This document shows positions 1 to 10,421 of a stretch of DNA of 64,000 bases, one piece after another. This DNA is from Patescibacteria group bacterium. Lineage in GTDB: Bacteria > Patescibacteriota > Minisyncoccia > Portnoybacterales > UBA2143. Within the stretch, counting starts at the first letter, position 1, and each line of letters opens with the position of its first letter. The position numbers and the translations under genes are program-made. The stretch covers positions 129,980 to 193,979 of the forward strand of contig JAHJSM010000001.1 of NCBI GenBank assembly GCA_018830295.1, given 5' to 3'. Under the pieces are notes generated by a model. It worked only from the letters and a program-made list of their open reading frames with translations. It did no database searches and had not been told where the DNA came from.

Positions 1-573
1 AAACCAAAAAAGCAATAAAAAAGCAAAAAAGAAAATCGAATGAATGGGAGATATTAATCTACTAGAAAGCATAAAATCTGCATAGGTTTGCTGATGAATA
101 AATAAATTCCAAACTCTTATAGGATTTATTAAATTAATTGATAACAAAACAGTTATTGAAGCAATCAAAGAAATTGATTTTCTTTTAGTTAATTGATAAA
201 GCAAGGCATAAATAAGCAAAAATACAAAAGCAGGAAAAAGAAATCTATTCAAGGTAATTGTATTAATTAAATTAAGTCCAAAAATTTGACCAGTAAAACT
301 TGAAATATTTTCGGGAAGGAAAGGAAATAAATAAGGCAAATCCTTGCCTTCTGCCCAGCCACTATTAGCAAGCATATAATGACCATCCCTAACTTCTTGG
401 ATACGCATTAAAAAAACATATTCATCGCTAGCTCCACCCAGAGCAATTCCTTCATAAGAATCTTTCTCTGTAAGTTGAAAATAAATTTGAGGAAAGGTAG
501 TGATTACCCCAATTAAAATAGAGGTAATAATAGCTAATTTATGAATAGATATAGTTTTAAAAAATATTTTCAT
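1..573 (-). CDS. Polytopic membrane protein, 3'-partial (N-terminal 191 aa in window; possible GT-C-like glycosyltransferase or polymerase)
   Basis: Hand translation of the reverse complement from ATG at 573 is open to position 1 (MKIFFKTISIHKLAIITSILIGVITTFPQIYFQL...). There are multiple hydrophobic segments. It is not in the ORF track because it runs off the window edge. Confidence 0.5.
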   Translation of the reverse strand, partial: MKIFFKTISIHKLAIITSILIGVITTFPQIYFQLTEKDSYEGIALGGASDEYVFLMRIQEVRDGHYMLANSGWAEGKDLPYLFPFLPENISSFTGQIFGLNLINTITLNRFLFPAFVFLLIYALLYQLTKRKSISLIASITVLLSINLINPIRVWNLFIHQQTYADFMLSSRLISPIHSIFFFAFLLLFWF

Positions 574-577
574 TTTA

Positions 578-1435
578 TTATTTCTTCTTACCTATAAAAT
601 AAAAGCCATATGCTATGTTTTCCGAGCTTTTAAATTTATAAATTAGATAATCAAAAATTTTTATTGGACTAGTAATAATCATAAAAAACATAAATAAAAA
701 CTGATGAAGTTTTTGAAAACCAAAACTTAAAAGCGTAGCTAACCATTCATTAACGATATAAAGCATTGCTGAAGTAGGACCGCATCTAATACCAATCTCC
801 TTTTCTTTAAAATCCTTTAAAAGTTCTCTTAGTCCTTGTTTTGACCAACGATAATAATCATTTGGAGAAGAATGAAAACTAGCCACAAAAGGCGCCGCTA
901 AATAAATCAATCCGTTTGGTTTTAAAACTCTATAAATTTCTTTAACAATTTTTTTAGGATTTTTTACATGTTCTAAAACAAATTCATTTATCACTACATC
1001 AACTGAATTATTGTCAAAAGGCAAACGAGAGATATCAGAGACTATGTCAACATTATTAAAAGGATAAAAATCTATATTTACTACATTGTTATTTATTTTC
1101 TTTATTCCAGAACCTAAGTTAATTATTAATTTATCAGATTCAATATTTTTAATTACTTTTTTAGCACTTTTACCAACAAAAGAAGCTCCAAAAGCATAAT
1201 AAAAAATAAAAAATAATCTTGGATATTTTTTAAATAAAATCTTTAATTTATTAACTATAATATCGCTACTTTCTCGATTTAAAATTTCTGTTTTATTATC
1301 TAAAAAATAGAGCTTATCACCTATTATTTTATAAACTTTGTTACAACCAGAACAAACTAAATTTTGACTATCTAAATTAAGTTTGTTATGACAATCTAAA
1401 CAAACTAAATTTTTAAGTATTCTTTCTTTAATCAT
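578..1435 (-). CDS. Class I SAM-dependent methyltransferase with N-terminal Trm112-like zinc ribbon
   Basis: N-terminal CxxC...CxxC pairs (CLDCHNK...CSGCNK). MTase motifs VVNIDF, DVVINEFVLEHV and VLKPNGLIY. Confidence 0.7.
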   Translation of the reverse strand: MIKERILKNLVCLDCHNKLNLDSQNLVCSGCNKVYKIIGDKLYFLDNKTEILNRESSDIIVNKLKILFKKYPRLFFIFYYAFGASFVGKSAKKVIKNIESDKLIINLGSGIKKINNNVVNIDFYPFNNVDIVSDISRLPFDNNSVDVVINEFVLEHVKNPKKIVKEIYRVLKPNGLIYLAAPFVASFHSSPNDYYRWSKQGLRELLKDFKEKEIGIRCGPTSAMLYIVNEWLATLLSFGFQKLHQFLFMFFMIITSPIKIFDYLIYKFKSSENIAYGFYFIGKKK

Positions 1436-2117
1436 TTATTTTCAACTTTAATTTAAATACATATCTTATTGGTATAAAATTATACGGAATACCCCTTACT
1501 TTCTCTATCGTATAATCATCAAAAATTAAATTTTTTATTTTTTTCAAATCAAAAGAATGTAAATGCCATTCATCATCCATTTTTTTAGATATGTTTGGAA
1601 AAAGAAAATTAAATATTTTCATTCTTTGTAGGACTACCTTGATTCGATTAATTAGTTTCTCGTTAGGCGCTGAAATAACAATAATACTATTGTTTTTAGA
1701 TATTTTTTTAATCTCTTTTAAAACCTTAACAGGATTTTCTACATGCTCTAAAACCTCACTGCAAATTATCTTATCATATTTATTTCGACTAATTTTTATT
1801 GGCAAATTTTCTGCATTACCATTTATAAACCTAATGTTTTTATATCTTTTTTTAGCAATATTTAAAATATATTGTGAAATATCTACTCCAATTAATTTAT
1901 TACTATTTATCTTGTTTAGAATATCACCTACTCCACATCCGATTTCAATAACAATGTCCTTTTTATTAATTTTTAAAAAACTTAAAATGCATTCAACTCT
2001 TTTGTGTTCAATAAATCTAATCACAAAATTAAAATTATCATGATAATGCTCTAAGTCAAATTTTTTAATCATTTCATTATTCCATTTTACGAAATTGTCA
2101 TATCTTTTATTGCTCAT
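1428..2117 (-). CDS. Class I SAM-dependent methyltransferase
   Basis: Motif I VIEIGCGVGD, GVDIS, and CSEVLEHVENP typical of the Methyltransf_11/25 family. Confidence 0.7.
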   Translation of the reverse strand: MSNKRYDNFVKWNNEMIKKFDLEHYHDNFNFVIRFIEHKRVECILSFLKINKKDIVIEIGCGVGDILNKINSNKLIGVDISQYILNIAKKRYKNIRFINGNAENLPIKISRNKYDKIICSEVLEHVENPVKVLKEIKKISKNNSIIVISAPNEKLINRIKVVLQRMKIFNFLFPNISKKMDDEWHLHSFDLKKIKNLIFDDYTIEKVRGIPYNFIPIRYVFKLKLKIND

Positions 2118-2121
2118 AAAA

Positions 2122-2928
2122 TTATTTCTTTTCGCCTAAAACTGTCCAACTATTGTTATTAACTGAATGAATTTCTATGTCTTTAATATTATCAAAATTT
2201 TCAAACAAATCTAATACCTCTTGTTTGGTCCAATAATTAGCAACTTTTGGAATCAATTGATCGAAAACAATACTATGAATATGCCAAAATTTAAAATCCG
2301 ACAACTGTTTCAAATATAATCCTGGACCATTAAATGTTTTGACTGAAATCCACAAAGGAATAGAAACAAAATAACTTAAAAAATGAACTAACCATAAAGG
2401 CAATTTAGAGGTGAGTGCTTTTCTAACTGGATCAACCAATTTAACTATCCATTCATTATTATTATACCCATAAACCCAAATCAGAACTTTTCCGCCCGGC
2501 CTAACAGCTTTGATTAAATTCTTAATAGCTTTCTTAGGATTTTCTAAATGATGAATAACCCCAATGCAAAATACTATATCAAATTTATCTTGCCAAGACA
2601 TTTCATAAATACTACCAAATTTAACACGAGCATTATTAAAACAAGACAAATTTTTCTTAGTTACGGCAACACTTCGTTTATCAAAATCAAAAGCCACCAA
2701 TTCTTTGGCCCCATATTTTAAAGACCAATAACTATTACGGCCCATGCCACATCCAGCATCTAAAACTTTTTTATCTTCAAAATCACTTGGTTTCAATGGC
2801 TTAATCCATTTACAAAATTGTAACTCGTAATTTAAATCTATTACATTATATTTTTGCCATTCATAACCAAAACGTTTTTCTGAACTCATAATATTATAAA
2901 TATCTTTTAGCCCAATTTTGGAAAACAA
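2122..2928 (-). CDS. Class I SAM-dependent methyltransferase
   Basis: VLDAGCGMGRNS motif I, acidic loop AFDFD, IGVIHHLENP, RPGGKVLIW. The true start may be the internal Met (MSSEKRF, about 2889), which would remove the overlap with the upstream AsnB gene. Confidence 0.7.
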   Translation of the reverse strand: MFSKIGLKDIYNIMSSEKRFGYEWQKYNVIDLNYELQFCKWIKPLKPSDFEDKKVLDAGCGMGRNSYWSLKYGAKELVAFDFDKRSVAVTKKNLSCFNNARVKFGSIYEMSWQDKFDIVFCIGVIHHLENPKKAIKNLIKAVRPGGKVLIWVYGYNNNEWIVKLVDPVRKALTSKLPLWLVHFLSYFVSIPLWISVKTFNGPGLYLKQLSDFKFWHIHSIVFDQLIPKVANYWTKQEVLDLFENFDNIKDIEIHSVNNNSWTVLGEKK

Positions 2929-4744
2929 TTAAATTCCATAATATCTTCCGGTTATCTCTTCTGTTTTTTAAATGATCGTTTATTAATTTTTCTACAAACT
3001 CATAATGAAATAAACCCGTCTTGTCTATCTCTGCTTGGCTAAGAATTTCCATCATATATCCCTTCAAATCTTTTTTAAGCCATCTTGTTAAAGGAACGCC
3101 GAACCCCTTTTTATTGCGATAAATAATATTCTTAGGCAATTTATCCTTCATTAATTCTTTCAAAATATATTTCGTCTCAAATCCTCGCAATTTATAATTC
3201 AAAGGAAGAGAATTAACAAAGTCAGCCAAGCGAAAATCTAAAAAGGGCGCTCGCGCTTCTAAACTATTATACATACTCGAGCGATCAACTTTGAATAAAA
3301 TATCATCTTGTAGGTAATATTTCAAGAATAAGGCGTTAATTTTATTTAAATAATTTTTGTCCTGATAATTTTTTAAAAAATCTCCGGCGAATTTAAATAA
3401 TTCTCCCGATTCAACTTTAAACTTAAATAGATTTTCAAACCCGCTAATATATCCGCCTATATTCAAAAAATCGCGAAATAAAGCGGGAAAAGAAACACTC
3501 TGCGCGTATCTTTTGATTTTATAAGAAAGAGTTAAATTTTTATCAGAAACCGGTAGTAATCTTTCTAAAAATTTAGCAAAATTAACTTTAGATTTTAAAT
3601 TGACTAGACCTAATGAGGAAATAATTTTCTGGACCTGATGATTTGGATAACCCATCAATAATTCATCGCCTCCATCTCCGCCTAAAGCAACCTTAACTTT
3701 TTCCGCCGTAAACTCCGAAAGCAGATATGTCGGCAAAATAGAGGGATCGCCAAATGGTTCATCTAATTTTTCAGTAATTTTTGGAATAACATTTAATAAA
3801 TCTTGCGGTCCGAATTCTCGGTGATAATGTTCTGTTTTTAATAATTTGGCCACTTGTTGAGCGTAAGAGGATTCATCAAAACTTGATTCGCTAAATCCAA
3901 TGGAAAATGTTTTAATATCTTCTTTTTGTTTTTTGGCAAAATACGCGATGGTTGAGGAATCAATCCCTCCAGATAAAAAGATTCCGACAGGGACATCCGC
4001 GACTAATCGTCTTTTAACCGAATCGTTTAATAATTCTCCAAAATTTTTAACCGCTGACGGAAAAGCCATTTCTTCTCCGCCAAATTCTATTTGATAATAT
4101 TTACCCAAACTAACTTTATTGTCCTTAAAAACAAGTAATGCTCCATTTTCAAGTTTATGAATATTTTTAAAAATTGTGAGCGGTTGCGGAACATAATCAA
4201 AAGAAAAATATTGTTCAACCGCCAATTGGTTTAATTCTTTTTTAACCGAAGGGTGACATAAAATCGCTTTCATTTCGGAAGCAAAAATTAAAGTATCCCC
4301 CGCTAATGTCCAATAGAACGGTTTTTGCCCATAGCGGTCGCGAGATAAAACAATCTTTTTTTGTAGGCCATCCCAAATAGCGATGGCGAACATCCCGTTA
4401 AATTTTTTAAAACAATCAACGCCATCTTCTTCATATTGATGGACAATAACCTCGCTATCTGTTTGGCTCTTAAACTTATGTCCGCGCGCAATTAAATCTT
4501 TTCTTAACTCTTGAAAATTATAAATTTCTCCGTTGAAAACAACTTGAATTGTTTCATCTTCATTACTAATCGGCTGGCGTCCTTTGTCGCTTAGGTCAAT
4601 AATAGAAAGTCGCTGATGCCCCAGACCAACTCCATCCTGAACAAAAAAACCCTTATCATTGGGTCCGCGATACTCCAGAGAATGCGTCATTCTTTCTAAA
4701 ATATCTCTGTTTCCTTTGCCGTGATAGCCAGCTAATCCGCACAT
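2894..4744 (-). CDS. asnB: Asparagine synthetase (glutamine-hydrolysing), AsnB-like amidotransferase
   Basis: N-terminal MCG (Cys2 nucleophile of the Ntn glutaminase domain) and PP-loop SGGIDSS. Length of 616 aa fits. AsnB paralogues are commonly embedded in glycan clusters, where they amidate sugars. Confidence 0.8.
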   Translation of the reverse strand: MCGLAGYHGKGNRDILERMTHSLEYRGPNDKGFFVQDGVGLGHQRLSIIDLSDKGRQPISNEDETIQVVFNGEIYNFQELRKDLIARGHKFKSQTDSEVIVHQYEEDGVDCFKKFNGMFAIAIWDGLQKKIVLSRDRYGQKPFYWTLAGDTLIFASEMKAILCHPSVKKELNQLAVEQYFSFDYVPQPLTIFKNIHKLENGALLVFKDNKVSLGKYYQIEFGGEEMAFPSAVKNFGELLNDSVKRRLVADVPVGIFLSGGIDSSTIAYFAKKQKEDIKTFSIGFSESSFDESSYAQQVAKLLKTEHYHREFGPQDLLNVIPKITEKLDEPFGDPSILPTYLLSEFTAEKVKVALGGDGGDELLMGYPNHQVQKIISSLGLVNLKSKVNFAKFLERLLPVSDKNLTLSYKIKRYAQSVSFPALFRDFLNIGGYISGFENLFKFKVESGELFKFAGDFLKNYQDKNYLNKINALFLKYYLQDDILFKVDRSSMYNSLEARAPFLDFRLADFVNSLPLNYKLRGFETKYILKELMKDKLPKNIIYRNKKGFGVPLTRWLKKDLKGYMMEILSQAEIDKTGLFHYEFVEKLINDHLKNRRDNRKILWNLIVFQNWAKRYL

Positions 4745-4745
4745 A

Positions 4746-5690
4746 TTAAAAATTAATTTTTTCTTTAATTAAATAAACTGATTTCTTTTGAGATTCGTAA
4801 TAAGTTCTTATCAATATTTCCGCTAAAAGACCCATTAAAATAAACTGAATGCCAATAATAACCAAGAACGCGGTCAATAGCGGCAATGGAGTTAAAATTA
4901 ACGATACTCCAAAAAAGAATCTAAGATATAAAGCTAAAAAACCTGATAAGAAACTAAAAAGAAACAACCAAAATCCAATTCTGCCAAAAAAATGCATTGG
5001 ACGATTTAAATAATCCGTTAAGAATCTAATTGTTAAGATGTCTAATAAAACACGGAAGGTTCGTCCTATCCCATATTTTGATTTTCCGTATTGCCTGGGC
5101 TCATAAGCAATTGGAATTTCAACTATTTTCGCGCCATACCACATTGCGTAAGCCGGAATAAAGCGATGCATATCGCCATAAAATTTAATATCCTTGATAA
5201 CATCTCTCCTATATGCCTTCATTGTGCATCCGTAATCGTGTAACTTTAGCCCAACTATTTTTGAAATTAGCAAATTAGCAATAAGAGAAGTTAATCTTCT
5301 GGTAAAAAAACTTTCTTCCCATCTATGTTTTCTCCATCCAGAAACAACATCATATCCTTCGTCTAATTTTTCTAAAAGATTAGGAATATCTTCTGGCTTA
5401 TTTTCTAAATCAGCATCAATGGGAACAATAATTTCTCCCTTTGACATATCTATTCCTGCTGAAATTGCCGCTGTTTGACCAAAGTTTTTCCTAAAATTAA
5501 TTACTTTAAACGCATTATCGTTTTGAGAAATCTCTTTAAGCGCTTGATAACTATTATCAGTTGAACCATCATTCACGGCAATTATTTCGTATTGCGCATC
5601 TAATATAGACAAAACTTCTTTAAGTTTTTGGTACAACTTAAAAATACTTTCTTCCTCATTATAAATTGGGATAATAATGCTTAATTTCAT
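4746..5690 (-). CDS. GT2-family glycosyltransferase, polyprenyl-phosphate sugar transferase-like (DPM1/ArnC/GtrB-like) with C-terminal TM helices
   Basis: SIIIPIYNEEESI...NDGSTDNS and DADL motifs, with two C-terminal hydrophobic helices. Confidence 0.75.
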   Translation of the reverse strand: MKLSIIIPIYNEEESIFKLYQKLKEVLSILDAQYEIIAVNDGSTDNSYQALKEISQNDNAFKVINFRKNFGQTAAISAGIDMSKGEIIVPIDADLENKPEDIPNLLEKLDEGYDVVSGWRKHRWEESFFTRRLTSLIANLLISKIVGLKLHDYGCTMKAYRRDVIKDIKFYGDMHRFIPAYAMWYGAKIVEIPIAYEPRQYGKSKYGIGRTFRVLLDILTIRFLTDYLNRPMHFFGRIGFWLFLFSFLSGFLALYLRFFFGVSLILTPLPLLTAFLVIIGIQFILMGLLAEILIRTYYESQKKSVYLIKEKINF

Positions 5691-6811
5691 AATGGTTTAA
5701 TAAAAAGTAAAATATTTTTAACTCTTTCCGTCCAAGTATATTTCTGAACATTTTGCCATGCTTCTATTAGAATTTTAGCAGAAAAATCATCTTTTTTCAA
5801 CGCGCTCATAATTCCCTCTGCTAAAGCGCGCGAATTGTCTGGCTCAACTAAAACCGCATTGTTTTCGTTAAGAATTTCCCTCAAAGAAATCAAATCAGAA
5901 GCGACAATTGGTCTTTGGCTTGCCATATACTCAAACATTTTCATCGGCGAAGTCCAACTCTTGGAAATTTCCTCTTTGCCAGAATTAGGCAGAACCAAAA
6001 CATCGGCTGCTTTCAGATAATATGGAATTTCAGAATAAGGCCTGTGTCCCAAAATTAAAATATTATTTAAATTTTTGTTTTTATCTCTAAATCTTTCTTC
6101 ATCCTCTTTAGTCCCGCCAACAAAAACAACAATTGTGTCTTTTTCTAAAAATTTAGACGCGTTAGCCAATATTTGCGCTCCCTTCCATTTATATAAATGG
6201 CCACTATAAAGAACAATTTTTTTGTTTTGGGGCAAGTTTAATTTTTTTCTTGCCTCATCTTTTAAAATATCTATATCAAACTTACCTATATCAACCCCGT
6301 CTGGCGCGACTAAAATCTTATTCTCCGAAATCCCCTTTTCAATTAGAGATTTTTTTAATTGTTTGGTTATGACAATAACGGCTTTCGCTTTTTTGAAAAC
6401 CCTTTTGTGTAGAAAAAGATGTTTTGGCAAGTAATGAAGCTCTAAAATAAGATTTTTCTTAAAGAAAGATATTAGATACAAAAGAAAAGAATCCCGAGAA
6501 TAAATAATATCTGTTTTTTTGAATAATAAATAAAAAAATGCCGAAATAGAAAACGATAAACTTTGGACCCAAAAAAATATTTTAGGAATATTTAAAAAAA
6601 TGAAATCCAAAGAAAATATTTTTTTAATTTTAAAACTCTTTTTTACGCCATAAAAATCAAAAGAATTTTCTTTGATTTGATTAAACCGCCACGGCAAAAC
6701 TAATTCCAATTCTACTCCGGCATTTCCAAACGCCTCGCACATTTTCATAATTTGAATGCCGTGCGCTTTTTCTGTCGGTATTCTTGCATTAGTTAAATAA
6801 ACAAGTTTCAT
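5687..6811 (-). CDS. GT4-family (GT-B) glycosyltransferase
   Basis: C-terminal GT-B domain with the E-x7-E-like region (LPNSGKEEISKSWTSPMKMFEYMASQRPIV). The start codon overlaps the upstream gene's stop (operon coupling). Confidence 0.65.
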   Translation of the reverse strand: MKLVYLTNARIPTEKAHGIQIMKMCEAFGNAGVELELVLPWRFNQIKENSFDFYGVKKSFKIKKIFSLDFIFLNIPKIFFWVQSLSFSISAFFYLLFKKTDIIYSRDSFLLYLISFFKKNLILELHYLPKHLFLHKRVFKKAKAVIVITKQLKKSLIEKGISENKILVAPDGVDIGKFDIDILKDEARKKLNLPQNKKIVLYSGHLYKWKGAQILANASKFLEKDTIVVFVGGTKEDEERFRDKNKNLNNILILGHRPYSEIPYYLKAADVLVLPNSGKEEISKSWTSPMKMFEYMASQRPIVASDLISLREILNENNAVLVEPDNSRALAEGIMSALKKDDFSAKILIEAWQNVQKYTWTERVKNILLFIKPL

Positions 6812-7404
6812 TTTTTTAAGATATAAAAATGATGATACTGATTTTCAAAAGGGACAAAGTCATTTTGAATTTCAAAATATTTTTTGATAATGTTTCTTAT
6901 TTTCCTTGGTGAATACCCCTTTTTGCCTATTTCCCAATAATGAACTCTGCCTGATTTATGTTTTGGATGATAAGGAATCTTAAAGACAATTTTAATCTCT
7001 TTAATAAAAGGAATTTTAAAACTAATTTTAATCGGCGGACCAAAATGCGGCAAACTCAAAACGACATATTTTTTAGTTACCCTTTTTAATTCTAAGAGCG
7101 CCTTTTCGAAATCTTTAAAAGGTAAATGTTCTAAAATCTCCGCGCATAAAACAACACTAAATGAATTATTATCTATGGGCATTTTCATGACATCGGCTAT
7201 AAAATCAGGCCTCAAATCCTCGCTAATATCCAGGGTTTTTACTTTTAACCCCTGTTTTTTCAAACAATCAGCCACTGTCCCATTTCCGATGCCAATTTCC
7301 AAAACTGTTTTTGGTCTCAATTTCAAAACTTCGTCTATTTGATGCCAATAGCTTGTCCACCTATCTTTATAATCATATTTGAAAAAATTATAGTGTTTAT
7401 CCAT
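6808..7404 (-). CDS. Class I SAM-dependent methyltransferase
   Basis: VLEIGIGNGT motif I, LDISEDL, CAEILEHLP. Confidence 0.65.
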   Translation of the reverse strand: MDKHYNFFKYDYKDRWTSYWHQIDEVLKLRPKTVLEIGIGNGTVADCLKKQGLKVKTLDISEDLRPDFIADVMKMPIDNNSFSVVLCAEILEHLPFKDFEKALLELKRVTKKYVVLSLPHFGPPIKISFKIPFIKEIKIVFKIPYHPKHKSGRVHYWEIGKKGYSPRKIRNIIKKYFEIQNDFVPFENQYHHFYILKK

Positions 7405-7410
7405 TAATAA

Positions 7411-8058
7411 TTATTTTTTAGCGATAATAAAATAACCAAGCGGGCAAGGATGAAGTTTTTTAATTTTTTTAGGAATTAACTTATCAAATAACAACGCCTT
7501 ACTAAAAGCAATTAATCTTATGAAATTAAATATAAAAAAATTATGTAACAAATATACAATTACTGAAAATCTTTCTCCATAAGGAATAATTTCAAAATCA
7601 GAAAAACCGCTTTTTCCCAGCGCTCTTTCCAACCCCTGCGAAGTCAGCCGCCTAAAATCATTTGGCTCCCTGGCCTCGTTGAAAATAAAAGGCGAACTAA
7701 TGAATAAACGACCTCCTTTTTTTAAAACTCGATGAATCTCTTTGAGCAATTTTTTCGGATTTTTGATAATATAGATAACATTAAAAAGAAAAATATTATC
7801 TATTGAATTATTATCTAAGGGCAGTGACTGATTTAAATCAATTTTTAAATCTGGCGACTTGTCTAAATTATAATCCGCTCTAATTATCTTAATTTTTTTA
7901 AAATCTAGATATTTATAATAACTTGGATTGCTTCCAGCCGCCAAATCAATGCAAATACCCTTTAATTCTCGGCAATGTTCTTGAACACGCCAATTAAAAA
8001 GAATCCGCGCTATGCTTTTGCCTTGAAAAACCTGCTTAATAAAATCAAAAAATTTCAT
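7411..8058 (-). CDS. Class I SAM-dependent methyltransferase
   Basis: CIDLAAGSNP motif I-like, IFLFNVIYIIKNP, KKGGRLFIS. Confidence 0.55.
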   Translation of the reverse strand: MKFFDFIKQVFQGKSIARILFNWRVQEHCRELKGICIDLAAGSNPSYYKYLDFKKIKIIRADYNLDKSPDLKIDLNQSLPLDNNSIDNIFLFNVIYIIKNPKKLLKEIHRVLKKGGRLFISSPFIFNEAREPNDFRRLTSQGLERALGKSGFSDFEIIPYGERFSVIVYLLHNFFIFNFIRLIAFSKALLFDKLIPKKIKKLHPCPLGYFIIAKK

Positions 8059-8771
8059 AAATTTGCTCTAAATTGGACAAAAGAAGTTGTTGAATTAACA
8101 GAAACGCTTTTTAATTTAAATAAATTATCTCCTTGATTCACTTTTCCCCTTTCAACCGTCCGAGCTGCTTTAAAACCATTATTCTTTAAAGTATCTATAA
8201 TTTCTTTATTATATAATCCGCGAGGATAAGCAAAAAACTCGCATTTTTTACCAAGTTTTTTTTCTATTTCTTTTTTTGAATCAATAATTTCTTGTTGATT
8301 TGATTCTCGGTGATTAACCGTGTGCGGCTGAAAATCAACCAAACCGGAATTATGCATTTCTTGTATCTCATCCCAATTAAGCGCCTTTAATGTTATATTT
8401 TGAGAATTATTAATTTCTTTTCCAATTAACCCCGTAATCAAAAAAATGGTTGCTGGAAAATTATATTTTTTTAGAATGGGAAACACATTTGTGTAATTAT
8501 CATTATAGCCATCATCAAATGTTAAAACAACTATTTTTTTAGGTATTTTGTTGTTATATTTCAAAATATCAATCAGATCAGATAATTTAATAACATTATA
8601 ATTGTTATTTTTTAAATACTTCATCTGTGTTTCAAGCATTTCAGGCTTAACGGTAAAAAAAACATTATTATAATCTACCGAATGATACATCAAAATAGAA
8701 GCTCCTTTTTGACAAAGAAATAAATATTTAAAAAAATAAATAAAAATTTTAAGATATTTCTTTAAAAACAT
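8055..8771 (-). CDS. Polysaccharide deacetylase (NodB-homology domain, CE4)
   Basis: LTFDDGY motif (catalytic Asp-Asp) and HTVNHRE (His motif). Confidence 0.75.
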   Translation of the reverse strand: MFLKKYLKIFIYFFKYLFLCQKGASILMYHSVDYNNVFFTVKPEMLETQMKYLKNNNYNVIKLSDLIDILKYNNKIPKKIVVLTFDDGYNDNYTNVFPILKKYNFPATIFLITGLIGKEINNSQNITLKALNWDEIQEMHNSGLVDFQPHTVNHRESNQQEIIDSKKEIEKKLGKKCEFFAYPRGLYNKEIIDTLKNNGFKAARTVERGKVNQGDNLFKLKSVSVNSTTSFVQFRANL

Positions 8772-9813
8772 TGATTATTTTCAAAACCAAATTATCCAAA
8801 TTATGATTTTGGACCGACTGTTTTCTTAAATGTTTGCCAATTTCCTCCATCTTATCGCTTTGCGCCAAATTAAAAACTTTTTCAGATAAATCTATCGGGT
8901 CTTTTTCATTAAAAATCAACAAGTCGGCATAAGGAGAAAAATCATCTATAAATGTTTTGTTGCAAACCAAAACTGGCAAACCGCAAGCCATTGATTCCAA
9001 AACCGCTTTATCGGGCGAGCCGGTCGGACAAAGATTAACCGACAAATCAGATTCCTGGCAATACTTATACAATTCTTGATTGGGTATCGCTCCCTTAAAT
9101 TCAAAAATATCTTCCATCTTTTTATCGTGGATAATCTGTTTAATTTCGTCAAAATAAGATTGCTGACTTGGCAAGCCAGGACTGCCAATAATAGAAACTT
9201 TTATCGCTGAAGTAAATTTTTGATTGCTTCTTAAAATATCAACTGCCTTAATTAGGGTTTTGTAATCCTTAATCGGCGAAATCCGACCAATAGAAATAAT
9301 ACGGAAAACATCCCTCTTTTTCTTATTAACGGCTGGTCTGAATAAATCCGTATCAATCCCATGCCCAACCACATTTTTTTTCTTTGATTCCAACCCAAAT
9401 CCTTCTTGAGTGGGAGTAACAATTTTATCAGCCAAAATATTGATTAATCGAACTTTCCAATTGATCTCCTTGTGCGAATACCAAGTCACTGTCTTTTTTC
9501 TAAATATCTTGGCGTAAGGCGCGATTAAGATTGTGTATTCTGGGTTTTGATGGCAAAAAACTCCGTCAACTTCTCTAATAAATCTCAAGGCGCCTCTTTG
9601 AAAATTGATAAATTCTCTGAAACGATTTTTGCCTTTTTCTTTTCCCAAGGAAAAAACTTCAACATTATCTGGTAATCCCTCAAGATTGCCTTTTTCTAAA
9701 CAAATCACTTTCAAAACCTCCACATTAAGCGCGAATTTTTTGACCCACCCATAAGTAAAGCCCGCTTGAGCGTCGTCTCTATCAACTTTTCTTGTAATCA
9801 TCAATAATTTCAT
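8749..9813 (-). CDS. GT4-family glycosyltransferase
   Basis: GT-B C-terminal domain: PTGSPDKAVLESMACGLPVLV (E..G.P motif). Confidence 0.65.
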   Translation of the reverse strand: MKLLMITRKVDRDDAQAGFTYGWVKKFALNVEVLKVICLEKGNLEGLPDNVEVFSLGKEKGKNRFREFINFQRGALRFIREVDGVFCHQNPEYTILIAPYAKIFRKKTVTWYSHKEINWKVRLINILADKIVTPTQEGFGLESKKKNVVGHGIDTDLFRPAVNKKKRDVFRIISIGRISPIKDYKTLIKAVDILRSNQKFTSAIKVSIIGSPGLPSQQSYFDEIKQIIHDKKMEDIFEFKGAIPNQELYKYCQESDLSVNLCPTGSPDKAVLESMACGLPVLVCNKTFIDDFSPYADLLIFNEKDPIDLSEKVFNLAQSDKMEEIGKHLRKQSVQNHNLDNLVLKIINVFKEIS

Positions 9814-9815
9814 AA

Positions 9816-10421
9816 TTATTTAATCAAAAACACATGATAGCCCGACGGCTGTTCCCCTGAAAAAAACCTGTCAAAAAACCTAATCAAAGTCGTTAAAATC
9901 CATATTTTTCTCAAGGGCGTTAAATTAAAAACTGTTTCCATATTTCCCCTGACTGGACAGATTTCAATTTCGCTAAAATTCCTAAACAAATATCTGATGC
10001 CATCGTCCGTATAGCGATAATAGTCCTTGTAAACGCCTTTGTGCGCGTGATAAGGGTATAAGAAAGGAACATAGACAAGACACTTGCCGCCAACTCTTAA
10101 AACCCGATAAATTTCCTGAGCAGCTTTTCTTGGTCTTGGAACATGTTCTAAAACCGCTTTGCAAATTACCGCGTCCAATGATTCGTCCTCTAACGGAAGA
10201 TTTTGAACATCGCCGATAATATCTGGCTTGTACGATGTTTCTTTATCTAAGACCCGATAATTTGTCTTCTCAAAAAGAACCTTAAATTTATCTAATCCCT
10301 TTTGAAAACGAAAACCGCCGCCAATATCTAAAATATTTTTTTCTTTGGCGATTTCTCTAATTTTATCCTCAAAAAACCTTTCCCACTTAGTCATAATTGT
10401 TTTTTGTTGATGTTTTTCCAA
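9816..10421 (-). CDS. Class I SAM-dependent methyltransferase
   Basis: ILDIGGG motif I, CKAVLEHVPRP, RVLRVGGKCLV. The start is likely the internal Met (MTKWERFF, about 10394), giving a 4-nt coupling overlap with the upstream GT. Confidence 0.65.
   Translation of the reverse strand: MEKHQQKTIMTKWERFFEDKIREIAKEKNILDIGGGFRFQKGLDKFKVLFEKTNYRVLDKETSYKPDIIGDVQNLPLEDESLDAVICKAVLEHVPRPRKAAQEIYRVLRVGGKCLVYVPFLYPYHAHKGVYKDYYRYTDDGIRYLFRNFSEIEICPVRGNMETVFNLTPLRKIWILTTLIRFFDRFFSGEQPSGYHVFLIK

Noticed and set aside
1591-2043. Plus-strand 150-aa ORF antisense to the methyltransferase gene
   Set aside because: It lies entirely inside a well-supported minus-strand MTase gene. The product is low-complexity and hydrophobic, typical of an antisense artefact in AT-rich DNA.
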